From the NCBI GenBank assembly GCA_963677895.2, contig CAXXGJ010000002.1, positions 341,083-405,082 on the forward strand: 64,000 nucleotides of DNA, written 5' to 3'. The stretch is from Treponemataceae bacterium (lineage in GTDB: Bacteria > Spirochaetota > Spirochaetia > Treponematales > Rectinemataceae). Positions 29,133 to 39,054 of this stretch are shown in pieces (position 1 is the first letter of the stretch; every line of letters starts with the position of its first letter). The notes beneath the pieces are model-generated. The model was not told the origin of the DNA. It made no database searches and was given only the letters and a program-made list of their open reading frames with translations. Both the position numbers and the translations under genes were made by a program.

Positions 29133-30611
29133 ATGAGAATTTTTAGAAACGGACCAGGGCGTTCCACTATCGCATGGAGTCTTGCGGGTCTGATAGCTTT
29201 GTCCGTATGTTTTTTTGCCGTTTCGGTGCCCGAAGCGACCGCGCAGACGACAAAGAACTCGAACGACGACGCCAAACGCTATTCCCAACTTATCCAGACT
29301 ATTTACCAGTTCATAATCCAGAATTATGTCGATGAAGTCGATCCGGCCAAACTCTACCAGGGAGCGATGAAGGGCATGTTCGACGCCGTCGGCGACCCTC
29401 ATTCGACCTTTCTCGATGAAGCCATGCTTTCCGATTTGATGCGCGAAACCGATGGCGAATACGCCGGCGTAGGTTTGTATATATCGAAGCTGCCCGGGAC
29501 CTCTCCCGAAGGGGAACCGAATTACGTGGAGGTAGTGTCGCCTATCGAGGATACGCCCGGCTGGAAGCAAGGCATACTTCCCGGGGACCTTATCGTGAAG
29601 ATAGACGGCGAGAGCACCGCCGACATGACCGTCGACCAGGCATCGGCCAAGATCAGGGGACCGGCGGGCACGCAGGTCCGCCTCAGCTTCATGCGGGGCG
29701 CTTCCTATGAGTTCGAAGTCGAATTCACCCGCGCCACCATCGAGATACCCGCCATCAAGACGGGAATCATCAGAAAAGACGGGGCCGTCATCGGCTATCT
29801 CCGCATCATCGAATGGATTCCCCAGACGGTCGAGCGCATGCAGAATGCCCTGAGCCAGATGACCAAGGACGGCATGACGCATCTCGTCGTCGATGTCCGC
29901 TCCAATCCGGGTGGGCTGCTCAGCTCGGTCGTGGACGTGAGCGATCTCTTCCTGACTTCCGGGATGATCGTTTCGACGAAGGGCCGGAACAACCAGGAGA
30001 ATTTCGAGTACAAGGCGAATGTATCCGTCGCGATACCCGACTCGATACATATGATCGTCCTCGTGAACCGGGGATCGGCTTCGGCTTCCGAAATTTTCTC
30101 TGGGGCGATGAAGGACCAGCGGCGCGCGCTCCTCCTCGGCGAAAAAACCTATGGCAAGGGTTCGGTCCAGCAGATATTCCCTCTCGACACCACGGGCTTC
30201 AAGCTTACGATGGCCCGCTACTATACGCCTTCAGGCGTCAATATCGACAAGTCGGGCATCGAGCCCGATGTCCTCGTTCCCGATTGGGATTTTACCGAGG
30301 CTCAGTTCAACGACCTTGAAAAGCTTTACGCCGCGGGACTCATTCAGGGCTACGCGAAAGCGCATCCCGACGCGAGCCCCGAAGCGCGGAAGGCGAGGGC
30401 CAGGGAGATTGTCGAATCGGGATACTCGCTCCCTCAGGACTATATAGACAGGCTTCTGCGCGACGAGCTGGAGAGGGCCAAACCCTCAAGGGTCTACGAT
30501 CTGGAATTCGACACTCAGCTGAACAAAGCCATCGAAGTCCTGTTGAGCCCCGAGTTTCCGCTGCTTCTGGAAAACAGCAAATCGGTCAGCCAAGTCCTTT
30601 CGGCCAAGTAA
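29133..30611 (+). CDS. ctpA: C-terminal processing peptidase, S41A family
   Basis: Signal peptide, PDZ domain, DVRSNPGGLL, NRGSASASEIF, TYGKGSVQ, ARYYTPSG. Confidence 0.93.
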   Translation: MRIFRNGPGRSTIAWSLAGLIALSVCFFAVSVPEATAQTTKNSNDDAKRYSQLIQTIYQFIIQNYVDEVDPAKLYQGAMKGMFDAVGDPHSTFLDEAMLSDLMRETDGEYAGVGLYISKLPGTSPEGEPNYVEVVSPIEDTPGWKQGILPGDLIVKIDGESTADMTVDQASAKIRGPAGTQVRLSFMRGASYEFEVEFTRATIEIPAIKTGIIRKDGAVIGYLRIIEWIPQTVERMQNALSQMTKDGMTHLVVDVRSNPGGLLSSVVDVSDLFLTSGMIVSTKGRNNQENFEYKANVSVAIPDSIHMIVLVNRGSASASEIFSGAMKDQRRALLLGEKTYGKGSVQQIFPLDTTGFKLTMARYYTPSGVNIDKSGIEPDVLVPDWDFTEAQFNDLEKLYAAGLIQGYAKAHPDASPEARKARAREIVESGYSLPQDYIDRLLRDELERAKPSRVYDLEFDTQLNKAIEVLLSPEFPLLLENSKSVSQVLSAK

Positions 30612-30620
30612 GGCGTCCCA

Positions 30621-31403
30621 ATGCGGCAACTAGTGCTTCCCGGCGATAGGGCTGGCGATAGACGCTTCGTCCTCGACGAAAAAACCTCCCGCTACCTTCT
30701 CCGCGTTCTGCGCATGGGGCGGGGCGATTCATTTTCCGCCCTCGACGAAGCGGGAAACCGCTTCCTCTGCACGATCGAGGACGCTTCCGCGGCGGCGGCT
30801 ATCGTCGCGCTCGCGCCTGAGAAGGACGGCGCCGCTGATGTACCGAGCGTGGCTCGCATCGCCCTGGTCCAAGGGCTGCCCAAGGGCCCCAAGATGGATC
30901 TCATCCTGAGACAGGCCGTCGAGGCCGGAGCCGCCGCGGTTTTTCCCCTGCAGACGCGCAACTGCGTCGTCCGCGAAAGGAACGAGAAGGACATCGCCGA
31001 GAAATTGGAACGGAGGCGCAAGATAGTCAGGGAAGCCCTCCAGCAGTCGGGCTCCACGGTCCGGACGAAGATTCTTCCGACCGCCTCGATCGACACCCTC
31101 GCCAAGGCTCTGGGCGACGAGGGATTCCCGCCGGAAAGCTCTCTCCTTCTCATGTTCCACGAACTCCCCATCGCGGAGAAGAGTCTCCATGAGTGCTGCG
31201 CGGGAGATCCCTTGCCGACGGTCGTCCTCATAGGGCCCGAAGGCGGATTCGCGCCCGAAGAAACCGAGGCTTTCAGGGTCATGGGCTTCCAGCCGGTACA
31301 CTTCGAAGGCACGATTCTCAGGACGGAAACGGCGGCGCTCTTCGCGCTGGCGGCCGTAAAAACCATAATGACGGAACGGACTTCATGGACACTATCGAAA
31401 TAA
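30621..31403 (+). CDS. rsmE: 16S rRNA m3U1498 methyltransferase
   Basis: RVLRM, QGLPKG.KMD.ILRQAVEAG, EALQQSG, IGPEGGF, ILRTETAA. Confidence 0.93.
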   Translation: MRQLVLPGDRAGDRRFVLDEKTSRYLLRVLRMGRGDSFSALDEAGNRFLCTIEDASAAAAIVALAPEKDGAADVPSVARIALVQGLPKGPKMDLILRQAVEAGAAAVFPLQTRNCVVRERNEKDIAEKLERRRKIVREALQQSGSTVRTKILPTASIDTLAKALGDEGFPPESSLLLMFHELPIAEKSLHECCAGDPLPTVVLIGPEGGFAPEETEAFRVMGFQPVHFEGTILRTETAALFALAAVKTIMTERTSWTLSK

Positions 31404-32119
31404 CTAGCATCGCGCTCGGCCGGCTGCGCCTGGATTTTCCCTCCGAAAAGCAGATAGCGGCGCTGGCTTCGGCCTGGGACGACGCGTCCAATCACCAGAT
31501 ATGCTTTCTGCAAACCTCGAATTTTCATGCCGCCGGCAGGGTGAGCGAATACGCTTCGATGGTGGAAAGCGCCGATCTGATTCTGGCCGCGTCGCCGGCG
31601 CTCCCGAACATGGCGGTAGAGAAATCTGGCGCCGGAAAAGCCGGTAAGGCTGCTGAAGCCGGCAAAGCCGCCGAGGCCGCAGTCCGGAAACGTTCGATCG
31701 CGATCGGGGACAAACACAGGGACTATCTCTCCTATTTTGGTCCCCCGGAAGAGGAAGAGAACCCTTTCCACCACTACCAGCCGCTCAAGACCCTTTCTCT
31801 TTTCCTCTCGGCTCTGGAACAGCGTCGCGGTTCAGTTTTTCTCGTCGGAGGATCCCTTCCGACGCTTCAGAAAGCCGAGGCGAATATCCGATCGACCTTT
31901 CCCGAACTTCGGGTGGTGGGACGAGCGGTGGGCGATTATCACGAAAGGGACGAAGCGGCGATAATGAGGGCATTGCAGAAGTCCTCGCCGGACATGATCA
32001 TCGTGGGTTCCCTGGTCAAGGACAACGAACTCTGGATTCCGCGCCATATGCGTTATACGAAATCAGGCATCTTTTTCTATGAAAGCGCCATCATGGAGAT
32101 TCTGGCCGGAAAACGATAA
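31385..32119 (+). CDS. Divergent WecB/TagA/CpsF family glycosyltransferase-like protein
   Basis: ADLILA, VFLVGG, FPELRVVG, SPDMIIVG, ELWI motifs; canonical C-terminal motifs not evident. Confidence 0.6.
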   Translation: MDTIEITSIALGRLRLDFPSEKQIAALASAWDDASNHQICFLQTSNFHAAGRVSEYASMVESADLILAASPALPNMAVEKSGAGKAGKAAEAGKAAEAAVRKRSIAIGDKHRDYLSYFGPPEEEENPFHHYQPLKTLSLFLSALEQRRGSVFLVGGSLPTLQKAEANIRSTFPELRVVGRAVGDYHERDEAAIMRALQKSSPDMIIVGSLVKDNELWIPRHMRYTKSGIFFYESAIMEILAGKR

Positions 32120-32265
32120 TAAGCGGCCGACGAGCCGTTTTTATGGGTATTTATGTCAAAATCCCGGGTTTTACTTAAGCAAATCGCTCAGCAATAGATG
32201 ATTGTCTACTGCCTGGATCAAAATTATATCTTCCACATCGTTTAATAATCTTTAATAATGAAGGT

Positions 32266-33435
32266 ATGAAAGCAATCGCCTATTGGGATGTGGACAGCCA
32301 GCGAATCCGGAAAGTGCTTGGCGAACTGCGCGCCGGATTCGATGTGAGACTGGCGGCGACCTTGGGCGAACTGCATAAAATAAGTCTGGGCGATCGTGAT
32401 GTCTGCGCCTTGATCATAGGCGTCCCGTCGGCGGATCAGAAAAGCATAGTGAACTTGCTTGGCATATTTTCGGATGTGTCAGGAATTCCGATCTTCGTTC
32501 TGGCCGGAAAGCGGATTCCCACCGTCTTCGACGCAGGCATCGGTGCCGTTGCCAACGCCAGTTCTAGCGCGGCCTTTATTTTCATCTATTCGGGAGATCT
32601 ATCCTCCCTGTGCTTTAAAATCGTCGCGGCTACCGAAAAAAGCGCCGAGGAAGCGGAAGGCGCGGTCCGCATGTTCATCGGAAGAAGCAAGGCCATACAG
32701 GGCATATCGGCCCTCGTCCGAAAATACGCCGAATCGCGCCACCCCGTCCTCATCCTGGGCGAAACCGGCAGCGGCAAGGAACTCGTGGCCAGAGCCCTCC
32801 ATTCGTATTCCTCCAGAAAGGAAGAGCCATTCATAGCGCTCAACTGTTCGGCATTGCCCGAACACCTCGTCGAGAGCGAACTTTTCGGGGCGGAAAGGGG
32901 GGCTTTTACCGATGCAGTGAAACATAGGGGCGCGCTCGCGAACGCGGCGAAGGGCACCTTGTTCCTCGACGAGATCGGCAGCATGTCGCGTTCCGCCCAG
33001 CCCAAGCTGCTGCGGGCGCTCGAAACGGGGGAATTCTGGAAGCTCGGCGCCGAAAAACCAGAAAAATCCGATTTCAGGCTTGTGAGCGCCACCTGCGTCA
33101 ACATCGAGACGGAGATCCAACACGGATCTTTCAGGGCTGACTTATTTTACAGAATCTCCGACCTCCCCATCAAGATTCCTCCTTTGAGGGAGCATATGGA
33201 AGATGTGGCCGATCTGGCGCGGCACTTTTGCCTCCAGGCGGGGAAGGGGTATTGCGAACTCGGTTCCGGCGCCCTTTCCAGGCTCATGGATTATCAGTGG
33301 CCGGGAAACGTGCGGGAACTCAAATCGGTGATAAATCGGGCATGCGTGAACGTTCAGAAAGGGGCTATTCAGCCTGAGGATATCGTGTTCATGTCGGGTC
33401 TGAAGGATGTCGCGCGGCGAGGGCGCAGGCCTTGA
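32266..33435 (+). CDS. sigma54-interacting AAA+ transcriptional activator lacking a C-terminal HTH
   Basis: GETGSGKE, ESELFG, GAFTDA, FLDEIG, FRADLFYR, WPGNVREL; ends shortly after the AAA+ lid. Confidence 0.85.
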   Translation: MKAIAYWDVDSQRIRKVLGELRAGFDVRLAATLGELHKISLGDRDVCALIIGVPSADQKSIVNLLGIFSDVSGIPIFVLAGKRIPTVFDAGIGAVANASSSAAFIFIYSGDLSSLCFKIVAATEKSAEEAEGAVRMFIGRSKAIQGISALVRKYAESRHPVLILGETGSGKELVARALHSYSSRKEEPFIALNCSALPEHLVESELFGAERGAFTDAVKHRGALANAAKGTLFLDEIGSMSRSAQPKLLRALETGEFWKLGAEKPEKSDFRLVSATCVNIETEIQHGSFRADLFYRISDLPIKIPPLREHMEDVADLARHFCLQAGKGYCELGSGALSRLMDYQWPGNVRELKSVINRACVNVQKGAIQPEDIVFMSGLKDVARRGRRP

Positions 33436-34120
33436 GGAAGAGGCGCTGGAGATAGTCGACTTCCTTCACGCTGGCCCCGGCCCTTTCGCAAAGATCTCTC
33501 AGGAAATGCCGAGCGTACATGTCATCGCTTTTTCTGAAGAAACCTTGTCTCGAAAGCGCTTCGACAATCCGCGCGACGCCGGAATCGACGACCAGCCTTG
33601 TGGCCGGAACCGCGGAGCGCTCCCGAGCCGATGATTTTTCGGCCGCGTTCGACGCGAAAAACTCCCAGCAGGCGATCTGCGCCGCCTGCGCGACGTTGAG
33701 CGACGGGCAGGATTCCGATGTGGGGATGCGAACGGCGAGGCTGCAGAGGTTCAGCTCGGCGTCCGAGAGCCCGTCCTTCTCGTTGCCGAAAACGAGGGCC
33801 AGGGCACAAGGACCGCGCTTATTCGCGCTCTGGACGAAATCCCTCAACGCTTCCGAGCCTTCCTTCCGCTTTTCGCCCCCGCGGCGAGAGAAGCCGGCGA
33901 CGAGAGAAAATTCCCCGAGCGCCGTCTCCAGCGTCGCGAAGCGCCTGGCCTTTTCGAAAATGTCGTAGGCATGAACCGCCATCATGCGCACTTTTTCCTC
34001 TTCGTATTCCGGACAACCGGCCAGCAGGAGTTTTTCGACGCCCATGGCCTTCATCGCCCTGCATATCGAGCCGACGTTGTCCGATCCCGTCACCCGGCTG
34101 AGTACTATGGAAAGGTCCAT
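33389..34120 (-). CDS. trmJ: TrmJ/LasT-family SPOUT RNA methyltransferase
   Basis: NVGSICRAMKAMG, MAVHA, ALVFGNEKDGLS..EL, PSLNVAQA. Confidence 0.8.
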   Translation of the reverse strand: MDLSIVLSRVTGSDNVGSICRAMKAMGVEKLLLAGCPEYEEEKVRMMAVHAYDIFEKARRFATLETALGEFSLVAGFSRRGGEKRKEGSEALRDFVQSANKRGPCALALVFGNEKDGLSDAELNLCSLAVRIPTSESCPSLNVAQAAQIACWEFFASNAAEKSSARERSAVPATRLVVDSGVARIVEALSRQGFFRKSDDMYARHFLRDLCERAGASVKEVDYLQRLFLKACALAARHPSDPT

Positions 34121-34199
34121 GCCCTGTCCGCCCGCAGGATTCATTCCGTCCTCCATCGATTGGCTTGCTAGTCCCCGAGAGGCGTCATATAGTATCGCC

Positions 34200-34985
34200 A
34201 TGGAACCGAGGAAACAAGCCGATATCGAAAAGGGAAAGACAGTGGAGGCTCGGCGGGATTCAGTCCTGCGCGGCCGGCGCGCGCTCGTCGTGGGCGGCTC
34301 GGGCGGCATAGGACGGGCGGTTTCGCTGGAGCTCGCCGCCCGGGGAGCTTCCCTCTTCATCCACGGCAGAACCTCGAGCAAGGTAGGCGATCTCGTCGCC
34401 GCGATCAGGCGAGGCGGCGGCGAAGCCGAGGGACTGGCCCTGGATCTGGATTCGCCCGAGCCTCTTCTCGCCGTCATCGGCGCCGACAACGTTTTCGACA
34501 TTCTCGTCGTCGCCTTCGGACCTTTCGTCAGGAAACCCTTCGCCGCCTACAGTCCTTCCGACTGGGAAAAAATGGCGCTTCTCAATCTGGCCTTGCCTGG
34601 AGCGCTCGCCAGCAGGCTTTTCCCCGCGATGTGCGATCGCGGTTTCGGCCGCATGCTTTTTTTCGGCGGGACGCGCACCGACACCATCCGCGGCTTCACT
34701 TCCAACGCGGCCTACGCGGCGGCGAAAACCGGTCTCGGCGTCCTCGCCAAGTCGATAGCCATCGAAGGCGCGGCGCACAATGTCGCCGCGATAACCGTAT
34801 GCCCTGGAATTGTCCGCACCGAGTACATCGACACGGCCGAGGCATCGACGCTCGCCCTGATGGCTCCCGGCGGCAAGCTTTCCGATCCGGCCGAAGTGGC
34901 CGCCATAGCCCTGGATCTGATGGACAGGGATCCCTGCATCGCCTCGGGAGCCATCGTTTCGCTGGACTCCGGTTTTTCGCCCTAA
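34200..34985 (+). CDS. SDR family oxidoreductase
   Basis: VVGGSGGIGRA, AYAAAKTG (YxxxK), VCPG.V.T. Confidence 0.88.
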   Translation: MEPRKQADIEKGKTVEARRDSVLRGRRALVVGGSGGIGRAVSLELAARGASLFIHGRTSSKVGDLVAAIRRGGGEAEGLALDLDSPEPLLAVIGADNVFDILVVAFGPFVRKPFAAYSPSDWEKMALLNLALPGALASRLFPAMCDRGFGRMLFFGGTRTDTIRGFTSNAAYAAAKTGLGVLAKSIAIEGAAHNVAAITVCPGIVRTEYIDTAEASTLALMAPGGKLSDPAEVAAIALDLMDRDPCIASGAIVSLDSGFSP

Positions 34986-35101
34986 AAAGCCCCTGACATG
35001 TTCCTGAAATATCGCGAGGCTGGCCAAATATAATTTTCCGCGGCTTCCGTCGCCTGTGCGGGCGGTTTGACAAGAAAAGCCCGGGGCGCTACGATGCTTT
35101 C

Positions 35102-35653
35102 ATGCCCTCGAGACTGCTTGCCCGCGCCCAACTCTCGGCCTCCGCGGATTCTTCGCGGCGGGAAACCGATCCCCTCTGCGAACTCCTGCCCGAGATGCCC
35201 GAGGGCCTTTGCTGCCATCCCGCGGGAAGACTCGACGCCGGACGCGTGGAAGCGCTCAACGAAGACATAGTGGATGCCTTGGGCCGAAACAAGAAAATTC
35301 TCTTTCTCGATTTTTCCCGCATCGACGACATCTCCTCGGCAGGAGCGGGGTTTCTCGTGGCGCTCCAGAAGCGGATGAGAGGCAGGGGCGGCGACCTTGT
35401 ACTGTACAGCCTGCGTCCGAAGCAGCAGCGCTTTCTGGAAACCCTGGGTTTTAAGAATTTTTTCTCCACGGCCTTGGACCTGCGATATGCGCTGGAGTAT
35501 ATTCAGGGGATGAAGCGCGACATCTTCCCCATGACAGCTATATGTCCCGCATGTTCGTCGCCCCTCGGCGTCGATGGACCGGGCAGGAGCCGTTGCCATA
35601 TATGCGAGGCCGTTCTCACGGTCATGCCCGATGGCGCGATGGAATTGGGCTGA
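35102..35653 (+). CDS. STAS-domain anti-sigma factor antagonist with C-terminal zinc ribbon
   Basis: GRLD, LDFSRIDDISSAG, L.TLGF..FF; CPAC...CHIC. Confidence 0.8.
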   Translation: MPSRLLARAQLSASADSSRRETDPLCELLPEMPEGLCCHPAGRLDAGRVEALNEDIVDALGRNKKILFLDFSRIDDISSAGAGFLVALQKRMRGRGGDLVLYSLRPKQQRFLETLGFKNFFSTALDLRYALEYIQGMKRDIFPMTAICPACSSPLGVDGPGRSRCHICEAVLTVMPDGAMELG

Positions 35654-35718
35654 ATGTCGGCTGCCGGTAGCCGCGCGACCGATACGGACGGGCTCCGGAA
35701 CCCAAGGGAGGGAAAAGC

Positions 35719-36114
35719 ATGTTAGGTTTGTCCAAAGTCGAGCAATATCTAATTGACCTCGACATTTCCTATCAGGAATTGTCCAAAGGAGCCTGGCTCA
35801 TCGAAGATGAGGCCAAAGGTCTGCCTAAAATGGTGGTGAGCCATTCCGACCCCATCGTCGTCATTCGCGCCGATGTCATGCCGGTGCCGGAAAAAGACCG
35901 TGAAAAACTGTTTTCCACCCTGCTCCGCCTTAATGGGACCGATTTCCTCCATGGCGCCTATGCCCTCGACGGCAATGAAGTCGTGGCACTCGACACCATC
36001 GAGTATGAGACTATGGACAAGAACGAGTTCAGAGCTTCCATCGAAGCGATGGCCTTCGCCTTGAGCCAGCATTATCCCTTGCTTTCGCAGTTCGCAGCCA
36101 AGAAGGAGGAATAA
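35719..36114 (+). CDS. CesT/YbjN-like chaperone-fold protein
   Basis: 131 aa, acidic; REKLFSTLLRLNGTDFLHGAYALD pattern; stop is 3 nt before pspA. Confidence 0.65.
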   Translation: MLGLSKVEQYLIDLDISYQELSKGAWLIEDEAKGLPKMVVSHSDPIVVIRADVMPVPEKDREKLFSTLLRLNGTDFLHGAYALDGNEVVALDTIEYETMDKNEFRASIEAMAFALSQHYPLLSQFAAKKEE

Positions 36115-36117
36115 CAT

Positions 36118-36837
36118 ATGGGTATCTTTGACAGGTTGAAGACAGTCATCTCTTCGAATATGAACGATCTCATCGCCAAGGCCGAGAATCCCGAGAAAAT
36201 GCTCAATCAGATGATCATCGACATGAACGAGCAGCTCATCGAGTCCAAGAAGGCCGTGGCCATGGCCATCGCCGACGAAAAGCGGCTCGAGCGCGAGGTG
36301 ATCGAGAACAAGGCCAAGGCCGAGGATTGGGAGAAAAAGGCTATGCTCGCCGTCCGCGCGGGCAGAGACGATCTCGCCAAGGAAGCCCTCCTTCGGCAGC
36401 AGGAACACGCGTCCTACGTTGGCCAGCTGGGAACGCAGTGGCAGGCCCAGAAGGAATCCGTCGAGAAGCTCAAGGTTTCCCTGCGCGATGTGCAGACGAA
36501 GATCGAGGAAGCTTCCCGCAAGAAGAATATCCTGATAGCCAGGGCCAAACGCGCCGAAGCCCAGGACAAGATCAACAAGACGATGTCGTCCCTCCAGGGG
36601 AACAAAAGCGCCTTCGATACCTTCGACCGCATGGCGAAGAAAATCGACGAGCTCGAGGCCAGGACGGAAGCGCAGAAAGAGCTTGAGGACGCTTCCAGCG
36701 GGGCGACCTTGGAGAAGCAGTTCGCGGCGCTCGAATCCTCGCCCATGGCCGCCGATTCCCTCCTCGAGGACCTGAAGCGCAAGATGCTCACTTCGGACGC
36801 CGGAGCCGGGAATGGGTCACAGAATCCGACACCCTGA
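36118..36837 (+). CDS. pspA: PspA/IM30 family protein
   Basis: MGIFDRLKTVISSNMNDLIAKAENPEKML, WEKKAMLAV..GRDDLAKEAL, LIARAKRAEAQ, FDRM..KI. Confidence 0.92.
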   Translation: MGIFDRLKTVISSNMNDLIAKAENPEKMLNQMIIDMNEQLIESKKAVAMAIADEKRLEREVIENKAKAEDWEKKAMLAVRAGRDDLAKEALLRQQEHASYVGQLGTQWQAQKESVEKLKVSLRDVQTKIEEASRKKNILIARAKRAEAQDKINKTMSSLQGNKSAFDTFDRMAKKIDELEARTEAQKELEDASSGATLEKQFAALESSPMAADSLLEDLKRKMLTSDAGAGNGSQNPTP

Positions 36838-36861
36838 CGACATGAATCGGCCGAGGCCGAT

Positions 36862-37617
36862 ATGGCTGGCATGAAATTTTTGCCTATAAAGGTTCTTCGC
36901 GTCGAACGGGAAGAACCTTTTTCTATTTTTAGCGCCGAGGCGGCAGCCGAAAGCGGGACGGCCACTGAAGGTGGGGTGGTAGCCGAAGGCGCGGCGGCAC
37001 CCGAAAGTGCGGCAGTACCCGAAAACGTGGCGGCCTTTTCTTCTCCGCTCCTTTCCATCGAAAAAGCGAAAAGCCTTCCCGAAAAATCCGAGCGGTTTGC
37101 GGTCTATGATGTCTGCGTAATCCCGGGATCCCTTCTGCTCGAGCGGGAAACATCGACCATTCCGATACCTGTGATAGCCTATGGAAGCAGCGATCTGGCA
37201 TTGCCCTGCTATGAGGCCGGCGCGTCGGATTTCATGCGCGAAGGCTGGACGAGGCTCGAGCTGGAGGCCCGCCTATACCGCTTGCTGCAGCCGGCGATCC
37301 AGTGTGGGGAAGGCTTGCTTGCCCTGCGCGGGCTCGCTCTGGTCTGGAAGGATTTTGCCGCGAAGGGAGCCGAAACCACGGAACTCCTCTCGGCGGCGGA
37401 AGCGGAAATGTTTCGCTTTTTCCTGGCGGCGCCCGGAAGGATTGTCGCGCCTGATTCACGCTACACGGAAGCCGCGACCCTGCCTCGCGGCCGGAAAACG
37501 CGAGCTTTCTCCATGAGGGTGTCGCGGCTTAAAGCCAAGCTTTCGAGGCTTCACCCCGGCCTCGGCGAATGCATCCAGTCATCGCGAGGCTTGGGCTACC
37601 TGTGGATAACCCGCTGA
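36862..37617 (+). CDS. Degenerate response-regulator-like protein with OmpR-type winged helix
   Basis: IPVIAY..CYEAGASDFM..ELEARL (REC C-half), then LSAAEAEMF...VSRLKAKL...IQSSRGLGY. Confidence 0.65.
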   Translation: MAGMKFLPIKVLRVEREEPFSIFSAEAAAESGTATEGGVVAEGAAAPESAAVPENVAAFSSPLLSIEKAKSLPEKSERFAVYDVCVIPGSLLLERETSTIPIPVIAYGSSDLALPCYEAGASDFMREGWTRLELEARLYRLLQPAIQCGEGLLALRGLALVWKDFAAKGAETTELLSAAEAEMFRFFLAAPGRIVAPDSRYTEAATLPRGRKTRAFSMRVSRLKAKLSRLHPGLGECIQSSRGLGYLWITR

Positions 37618-37675
37618 CAAGATGTGGATAACTCCTGTAAAAGCGGTGGAATCCATGTGCGTATTCTGTGCGTAA
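37601..37675. promoter_or_regulatory. DnaA-box cluster
   Basis: Perfect TGTGGATAA (reverse complement of TTATCCACA) at 37601 and 37623; degenerate copies at 37645, 37656 and 37667. Confidence 0.6.
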
Positions 37676-37683
37676 CCGTAAAT

Positions 37684-38967
37684 TCAGCAGTCCTCGCTTC
37701 GCTCGATGTGGGCTCCCAGCATCTTGAGCCTTTCGGTGATGCGCTCGTAGCCTCTTTCGATCTGGTAGACATTCTGGATCGTGCTCACGCCGTCGGCGCA
37801 GAGAGCGGCGATGACCATCGCCATGCCCGCGCGCACGTCGGGTGAGACCAGGAGGGCGCCGGAGAGGCGCGCGGGCCCCGAAACGACAGCCCTGTGGGGA
37901 TCGCAGAGGACAATCCGCGCTCCCATGCCGATCAGTTTATCGACGAAGAACATGCGCGATTCGAACATTTTTTCGTGGATGAGGGCTGTGCCTTCGGTCT
38001 GGGTAGCGACGACCGTCATTATGGACGTGAGATCGGGCGGGAAACCAGGCCAGGGCGAGTCGTCGATCTTGGGAATCTGGCCGCCGAGATCGGCCGTCAC
38101 TTTCATGAGCTGGTTGCTCGGCACGAAGAGACTGTCTCCCTTCACTTCCCAGGATATGCCGAGCCTGCCGAAACCGACCCTGAGCGGGGGAAGGTCGTCC
38201 TGGTCTATGCCGTCGATCGTGATCTCGCCGTGAGTCACCGCGGCCAGCCCTATGAAGGAGCCGATCTCCATATAGTCGGGTCCTATCCTGTAGTCGGTTC
38301 CCTTGAGGCTGGCAACGCCGTGTATGGTGAGCATGTTGGAGCCGACGCCATCGATCAGGGCTCCCATGGAGTTGAGCATGAGGCAGAGGTCCTGGACGTG
38401 AGGCTCCGATGCCGCGTTGCGCAGCACCGTCGTGCCTTCGGCGAGCACGGCCGCCATGATGGCGTTCTCTGTGCCGGTAACCGAGGCTTCGTCGAGGAAG
38501 ATGGGCGCTCCCTTCAGCTTGGCCGCCGAAAAACGCAGGACGCCGTCCATCGTGATGCGGGCGCCCAGTTCCTGGAGCGCCAGAAGATGCGTATCGATGC
38601 GTCTTCGGCCGATGGTGTCGCCCCCGGGAGGAGGGAGGATGGCCTGGCCGAAACGGGCCAGGAGCGGGCCGGCGAAGAGTATGGAAGCCCTCACCTTGCG
38701 CGATTGTTCGGCGGGCACGTCCTGTCGTGTTATCGTGCTCGAATCTATGAGCCAGTCATGGGGACCGACGCGGCTAACCTTCGCTCCGAGATGCTTGAGC
38801 ACCTCGATCATGACAGCCACGTCCTCTATTTCGGGAATATTTCTGAGTGTAACGGGGCCTCCGGCGAGAACCGCCGCGGCGAGACAGGGAAGGGCCGCAT
38901 TCTTGTTGCCGGACGCTACGACCCTGCCTTTTACGGGGTGGCCGCCTTCGACGATATACTTGTACAT
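37684..38967 (-). CDS. murA: UDP-N-acetylglucosamine 1-carboxyvinyltransferase, Asp variant
   Basis: [64 protein letters not shown]. Confidence 0.95.
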   Translation of the reverse strand: MYKYIVEGGHPVKGRVVASGNKNAALPCLAAAVLAGGPVTLRNIPEIEDVAVMIEVLKHLGAKVSRVGPHDWLIDSSTITRQDVPAEQSRKVRASILFAGPLLARFGQAILPPPGGDTIGRRRIDTHLLALQELGARITMDGVLRFSAAKLKGAPIFLDEASVTGTENAIMAAVLAEGTTVLRNAASEPHVQDLCLMLNSMGALIDGVGSNMLTIHGVASLKGTDYRIGPDYMEIGSFIGLAAVTHGEITIDGIDQDDLPPLRVGFGRLGISWEVKGDSLFVPSNQLMKVTADLGGQIPKIDDSPWPGFPPDLTSIMTVVATQTEGTALIHEKMFESRMFFVDKLIGMGARIVLCDPHRAVVSGPARLSGALLVSPDVRAGMAMVIAALCADGVSTIQNVYQIERGYERITERLKMLGAHIERSEDC

Positions 38968-39054
38968 AGCGCTACTGTAGGGTCTGTTTTTCGTTTGGTC
39001 AACCGATATCGGCAGGACTTACTTGATGCCGTCATAATCGTTATATTGAATCCA

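Noticed and set aside
37894..39054. N-terminal 387 aa of the 953-aa ORF
   Set aside because: This part is antisense to murA; a promoter motif and ATG at 39055 mark the real start of the PP2C gene
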